Positions 31,686 through 35,727 of a stretch of 35,727 bases of DNA are shown piece by piece. Numbering within the stretch: the stretch's first letter is position 1; the number at the start of each line of letters is the position of its first letter. Made by a program: the position numbers and the translations under genes. The stretch is from positions 1 through 35,727 of the forward strand of contig JACQJM010000102.1 of the NCBI GenBank assembly GCA_016205045.1, in the 5' to 3' direction. Under the pieces are notes generated by a model. It was not told the DNA's origin, ran no database searches, and saw nothing but the letters and a program-made list of their open reading frames with translations. The DNA is from Elusimicrobiota bacterium. Lineage in GTDB: Bacteria; Elusimicrobiota; Elusimicrobia; JACQJN01.

Positions 31686-32340
31686 GGTTCTCACTCCGCT
31701 TCAAGAAAGAATCCTGGGTTTTCTCGTTAAAAACCGCCTGCCGGAACAGGGTTATTTCCTCACGGGGGGCACAGCACTCGCGGCTTTCTATTTCCAACAC
31801 CGCCTATCCGATGACCTCGATTTCTTTACCAGAAAGCAAGAATCCTTGGAGGAGGATTTTAAGATTCAAAGAAACACATTGGCTTCCGCGGGTTTCTCCG
31901 TTTCCGTCCGCCATGTTTCATCCGATGGCATGGTTTTGTTCGTGGATGGGATGAAGGTGGAGTTTCATCGGGACGTGCCTGTCCGGATGGCTCCGGAAAA
32001 AACCTTCGACAATCTGGTGGTGGATTCTTTGGAAGATATTTCCGTCAATAAAGTGTGCGCCATCGCCGGACGTCCCATGGCGGAGTCCAAGGACTTCTGC
32101 GATCTGTATTTTATTCTCAAAGGGTCTGAATATAAATTGGAATACCTTCTGGGGCGCGCCAAGGAAAAGGAGGCTCTTTTTGATGGCGAGGATGGCGTTA
32201 TGGTCTTTGCCAATAGACTCTTGGAGGTTAAGAAATTAGAAAAGCTTCCCAAGATGCTAAAGCCGCTCTCGTTGGAGAATCTCCGCCAATTTTTTATGCC
32301 CAAAGCGGAGGACATCATTCGTCGTCTGCGTCCCAGGTAA
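31675..32340 (+). CDS. AbiEii/AbiGii-family nucleotidyltransferase (type IV TA toxin family, DUF1814)
   Basis: FLTGGTALAAFYFQHRLSDDLDFF (GG-T-A-L ... S-x-D-L-D-F NTase motif), NKVCAIAGRPMAESKDFCDLYFI. Confidence 0.8.
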   Translation: MGNKVLTPLQERILGFLVKNRLPEQGYFLTGGTALAAFYFQHRLSDDLDFFTRKQESLEEDFKIQRNTLASAGFSVSVRHVSSDGMVLFVDGMKVEFHRDVPVRMAPEKTFDNLVVDSLEDISVNKVCAIAGRPMAESKDFCDLYFILKGSEYKLEYLLGRAKEKEALFDGEDGVMVFANRLLEVKKLEKLPKMLKPLSLENLRQFFMPKAEDIIRRLRPR

Positions 32341-32347
32341 AGGGCGG

Positions 32348-32368
32348 AAGGATTGTTACTTAATCCTT
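32348..32368. terminator. hairpin AAGGATT-gttactt-AATCCTT followed by TT at a convergent junction (possible bidirectional terminator)
   Basis: 7-bp perfect stem (32348-32354 / 32362-32368) with a 7-nt loop. The T-run continues to 32370. It overlaps the stop (32356-32358) of the minus-strand membrane-protein gene. Confidence 0.35.
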
Positions 32369-35367
32369 TTGGGCTGGCGGGAAAACTCCTTTTCCAATTC
32401 CCGCATCCACTCTAACAAGGCATGGCCTTCCGGGCCGTCGCCGCGCCTCTCCTGCAAGTATCGGATCAGTTCTTTGCGCATGACCTCCAGAGGCACCCAC
32501 CCTTCCAGAACCATATAAGACACCGCCTCCGTGTCGTTGGGGCGAAGATAGCGATATTCGTGTTTCTCCAGCCATTTTTCCGGCACTGCGGATCGGCGCA
32601 CCCACACCATATCCCGCTCATCCCAATACACCAACGCCCAGTCCTGCCGAGACATATAGACCAGATAAAAAGGTCTCTGCAAAATCATCTCCCGACCATC
32701 CTCCGAGGTCCTTTGAAAAAGAAAGGAGTTGTCCGGGACGCGCTTTAAAATAGCCGCCTCCACCTTGTGACGCCGCATAAGGATCTGCCACTTTTCGGGG
32801 GATCGGACAGCTTCTTGTATCTCCGGGATGAACTCATGAAACAGATATCGGCCATCCACAAATACTTTGTAGCGCGGGTAGAGCTTAAACCCAATATAAC
32901 CTCCTTCTCCCCAGGCATGGTACAACCGTTTCCCCCCCAAAACACCCGTCTGCTGCGCCAAAAACTCCGTCGCTCCTTGGGCAAACAATTCCGTTTTGAA
33001 AAGGCGATCTTTCAACAAGAAGGGCCAAACAAATATTTTGAGATACCCCACCAACAAAAGAAAAAACAAGACCCCTATTCCACGCCATGTTTGTGAGGTC
33101 CAAGACTTTGGCTTCAATTGTGGCAGACATTCTAGGGTGTACGGAACCGCGAGCAAACAAAAAATGGCCGTTTGGCGGGAGTGGCTCACGGAGGAGAGCC
33201 CAAAGAACAAGAGAGAAAAAAGATGGGGGAATGGTGTCCGGCGCTCCAGAGTGTGGAGTAGCGCCGCCAAAAAACTGCCGAAAAAAACAAACCAATAGGG
33301 AACCTGCCAGGGATTATGAAATGTGGCCGGCTTCCATTCCACAATAAATCCTTGAAGAGAGCCTAGATATTTCTGGTGCTGCAACACAATCTCGTAGAGG
33401 CGCACCCCATAGGGATTGAGCAGCGTGCCCCCCAAGCCCCACAAAATGGCTTTTCCTATTTCACGAGGCTTGGGAGCGCGCGCCGCGGAAGACCAGCTTA
33501 CTTTTTGGTGAACCCTCTCTTCCAAAAGAAATCCTAAACCATACAATCCCAGCAGCAATATCCCGAAAATAAAGCCCCCATGAAGATTGGCCCAGAGACA
33601 GAACAGAAGTGACAGGAGGATCCATGACCGGCGATCCGGTCTCCATCGTCCCAATCGGAACTTTTCCAATCCCCACAACACCACAACAAAAAAAAGCAAT
33701 GAGAAATTTTCCGGCCTTACATCCGCACTGGGAACTAAGGCCGCCGATATTAAGAGAAGGGCCAATCCACGCCCCATGAAGCTGATTCCATACTCCTTGA
33801 GCAGATTCCTCAAGACCAGCAGAACTCCTCCCAATAATAAAACCCTCAACACAAGAAGTCCTCCCCACCCCCACCCCTGATAAATTCCGTAGTACAGAAT
33901 CTGAGATAGCCACTCAAAATCAATCCAGGTTTTTCCTTCCATGGTGTAAGAAAGAAAATCGGTGATGGGCCAGGCTTTCTGGGCCACCATGGATTGGGCC
34001 GCGCGCAGATGCCAGAAAAGATCGGGGTTCTGGATGGGGCGCAGAAAACAGGTGATCCCCAATAAGACACACACTCCCTCCAAAATCGGAGAGCCCCAGC
34101 GATTCAGGAAAATATGCACTCGCCCCGGCTTTTCAAAAAATTTGGCGAGCTGCTTGAGCCTGGGGAGCATCGCCCAACATCCTAAAGCCACCCAGGCATA
34201 CTCCAGGCTCCAAAATCCGGATGAAAACCAGTAAAATCGGTGCTGAGATAACAGGTGTGTCAGCCCATTGAGCCCCAACCACCCCCAAAGCCATCCTCCT
34301 ACGGGCAAGCTGGCCTGCTCACTTAAAAGATGTACCCCCAATATAAGGGCGGGCCACATCCAGGCTTGATCTCCGCCATGAGAGTACGGGGCGCCCAAGA
34401 GGACTATCCCTGCAGACAGCGCTATCCGAAACGTCATAGAAAGCTTAGAGCGGCTCAGAAGGAAAAGAGTCCCCCAAGATCCCAGGGCAAAAACCCAGCG
34501 CAAAACTTCCAAGAAAGCGGGGCCAAGGAACAGCGGGGATCGAGTCAACGCGGTCTGAGCGCTTTTGAGCAGCCACGCTATCTTATACAAACAGACGGCA
34601 ACGCCTTGATTGTCAAAAAAAACAACACTTCCCCCATGCTGGGAAAGGCTCCGCAAAAATCCACCCCACTCATTCCAGGGATGAATTCCAAAAAGATACG
34701 GCACCCCCTGAAGCATAAAAAGCCAGCTCATGCCCAAGGCTTCCTTAAATCTTTTAGAGAACAAAAGGCAGGAAATAACGAACGCAAACCAGGGTGGCGC
34801 CATGGCCAGAACTCCCCAGACCCCGCAGGCCCACGGAATTTTTTCCCTCTCCCAAAAGACAAGCCCCACCATGAAACACGCCAGGATCAAAAGCGCCGCG
34901 CGGTGGTACAAAATACTGTGAGTGACTCCCGGAAAAGTCACCAAAACCAAGGCCAAAAGAATGCCTCGCCAATCTTCAAAGGGAATGCGTAAAAGACGCA
35001 GGGACGCTGCCCAGCAAGTCGCCAGACAGAGAAAAAGCAAAATGTTCCATAGCCAGAAAGCGTGAGAGTAAGAGGCCAGTGCCAGCGGGGCAACCAGCAT
35101 GAAAAAGGCGGGAGGATATGTGGAACTGTATTCTCGCGAAGCATAGGGATTGGGTTTCCCTAAAAGAGACGCCAGGAAGGATTGGTACGCGTAGGCATCG
35201 TAAGGATTCTGCCCGCTTATGTAGAGCCGCGTGGCCCCATAAGCATAAACGAAATCCTCGTGCTTGTTTTGAAACGCATAGAGGAGGGGCAGGAGGAGGA
35301 TGCTAAAAACAAAAAAACCCACGATCCAAAAAGGAGTTCGAGTCTCGTGCTTTGTTTTGGAATCCAA
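32356..35367 (-). CDS. 1003-aa polytopic membrane protein: N-terminal DUF2029/GT87-like (GT-C) glycosyltransferase module fused to a second multi-TM module and a soluble C-terminal domain
   Basis: Module 1 (about 35367-34050): DFVYAYGATRLYISGQNPYD...YPPAFFMLVAPLA. Module 2 (about 34040-33000): DLFWHLRAAQSMVAQKAWPITDFLSYTMEGKTWIDFEWLSQ, with many hydrophobic helices. C-terminal about 200 aa (33000-32359): YHAWGEGGYIGFKLYPRYKVFVDGRY. TTG start 9 nt after the rpmB stop. Confidence 0.7.
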   Translation of the reverse strand: MDSKTKHETRTPFWIVGFFVFSILLLPLLYAFQNKHEDFVYAYGATRLYISGQNPYDAYAYQSFLASLLGKPNPYASREYSSTYPPAFFMLVAPLALASYSHAFWLWNILLFLCLATCWAASLRLLRIPFEDWRGILLALVLVTFPGVTHSILYHRAALLILACFMVGLVFWEREKIPWACGVWGVLAMAPPWFAFVISCLLFSKRFKEALGMSWLFMLQGVPYLFGIHPWNEWGGFLRSLSQHGGSVVFFDNQGVAVCLYKIAWLLKSAQTALTRSPLFLGPAFLEVLRWVFALGSWGTLFLLSRSKLSMTFRIALSAGIVLLGAPYSHGGDQAWMWPALILGVHLLSEQASLPVGGWLWGWLGLNGLTHLLSQHRFYWFSSGFWSLEYAWVALGCWAMLPRLKQLAKFFEKPGRVHIFLNRWGSPILEGVCVLLGITCFLRPIQNPDLFWHLRAAQSMVAQKAWPITDFLSYTMEGKTWIDFEWLSQILYYGIYQGWGWGGLLVLRVLLLGGVLLVLRNLLKEYGISFMGRGLALLLISAALVPSADVRPENFSLLFFVVVLWGLEKFRLGRWRPDRRSWILLSLLFCLWANLHGGFIFGILLLGLYGLGFLLEERVHQKVSWSSAARAPKPREIGKAILWGLGGTLLNPYGVRLYEIVLQHQKYLGSLQGFIVEWKPATFHNPWQVPYWFVFFGSFLAALLHTLERRTPFPHLFSLLFFGLSSVSHSRQTAIFCLLAVPYTLECLPQLKPKSWTSQTWRGIGVLFFLLLVGYLKIFVWPFLLKDRLFKTELFAQGATEFLAQQTGVLGGKRLYHAWGEGGYIGFKLYPRYKVFVDGRYLFHEFIPEIQEAVRSPEKWQILMRRHKVEAAILKRVPDNSFLFQRTSEDGREMILQRPFYLVYMSRQDWALVYWDERDMVWVRRSAVPEKWLEKHEYRYLRPNDTEAVSYMVLEGWVPLEVMRKELIRYLQERRGDGPEGHALLEWMRELEKEFSRQPKRIK

Positions 35368-35376
35368 GGAGAGGGG

Positions 35377-35574
35377 TTAGACTTTAACCGGTCGGACGGC
35401 ACGCCCGCTTCGAATACATCGCGTGCAGACGTAGACGGTGCGTGTCGCCCCGTCCACCACTACTTTTTGACGTTGAAGGTTGGGCCGAAATACGCGGCGG
35501 ACAGCCTTATGGGAGTGACTGTAAGAGTTTCCGGAGACTGGGCCTTTGTCACAGAGGGCACATCGGAATGCCAT
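35377..35574 (-). CDS. rpmB: 50S ribosomal protein L28
   Basis: MAFRCALCDKGPVSGNSYSHSHKAVRRVFRPNLQRQKV is a typical L28 sequence; 65 aa. Confidence 0.95.
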   Translation of the reverse strand: MAFRCALCDKGPVSGNSYSHSHKAVRRVFRPNLQRQKVVVDGATRTVYVCTRCIRSGRAVRPVKV

Positions 35575-35727
35575 ATTTGTTATTATACAAAATAATCATT
35601 CGCCGTGGCATCCGGGTGTGCCGAAAATTTCCGGGCACTTTGCCCAGGGGTCCTGCCTCCCGGTTCGCCCCTCGGCTTCCCTCACTCCACCCATCCCCTG
35701 CTAGGGCAGCGAGATGTGGTCCCTGCC

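Noticed and set aside
28824-32355. Idea that the AT-richer islet (30266-32340) inserted into and truncated the rel gene
   Set aside because: No Rel C-terminal (helical/ZFD/ACT) coding remnant is visible in any frame on the far side of the islet. The minus-strand GT-C gene begins its 3' end immediately after, so a simple insertion model is unsupported.
34330-34992. 220-aa plus-strand ORF (K/R/Q-rich) opposite the GT-C membrane protein
   Set aside because: It is antisense to a long hydrophobic-helix coding region. The strongly basic composition is what one expects from reading Phe/Leu-rich codons backwards.
35575-35727. Possible tRNA, tmRNA, SRP RNA or RNase P fragment at the right edge
   Set aside because: I found no T-loop (GGTTCGAAT-type) with matching stems. 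There is no tmRNA or RNase P conserved block, and only a vague resemblance to the SRP CCGGAAGG region. This is insufficient to call an RNA gene.

Overview
35.7-kb window from a diderm, LPS-making bacterium of uncertain, probably uncultivated, lineage. The core (17.1-30.3 kb) is a tightly packed, largely translationally coupled outer-membrane/lipid A cluster: bamA-skp-lpxD-lpxC-fabZ-lpxA-lpxI-(Gfo/Idh/MocA oxidoreductase)-lpxB-msbA. It is followed by an unusually short rel/spoT homologue and preceded by myo-inositol-1-phosphate synthase. The left third carries an ECF sigma/anti-sigma pair and then a run of secreted proteins: an NlpC/P60-like protein, a helical protein, and a 2601-aa protein with an internally duplicated G8 + parallel beta-helix module. 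Next come a DUF4143 AAA ATPase on the opposite strand and a PQQ-like beta-propeller protein that shares a C-terminal Ig + Cys-terminated tail cassette with the giant protein. The right end is a visibly AT-richer islet with a small secreted protein and an Xre/DUF2384-type antitoxin + AbiEii nucleotidyltransferase pair, then a 1003-aa two-module polytopic GT-C/DUF2029-like membrane protein and rpmB on the minus strand. Several non-genic signals stand out. Perfect tandem heptanucleotide repeats sit inside or at the edges of essential genes. C-rich heptamers form G-quadruplex/i-motif-type tracts. A helically phased ATTCGC palindromic element lies between fabZ and lpxA. A T9 homopolymer breaks the bamA signal-peptide frame. 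A 13-bp perfect inverted repeat lies next to a near-consensus promoter, and same-stem hairpins occur at two convergent gene junctions. I recognised no rRNA, tRNA, CRISPR array or transposase.
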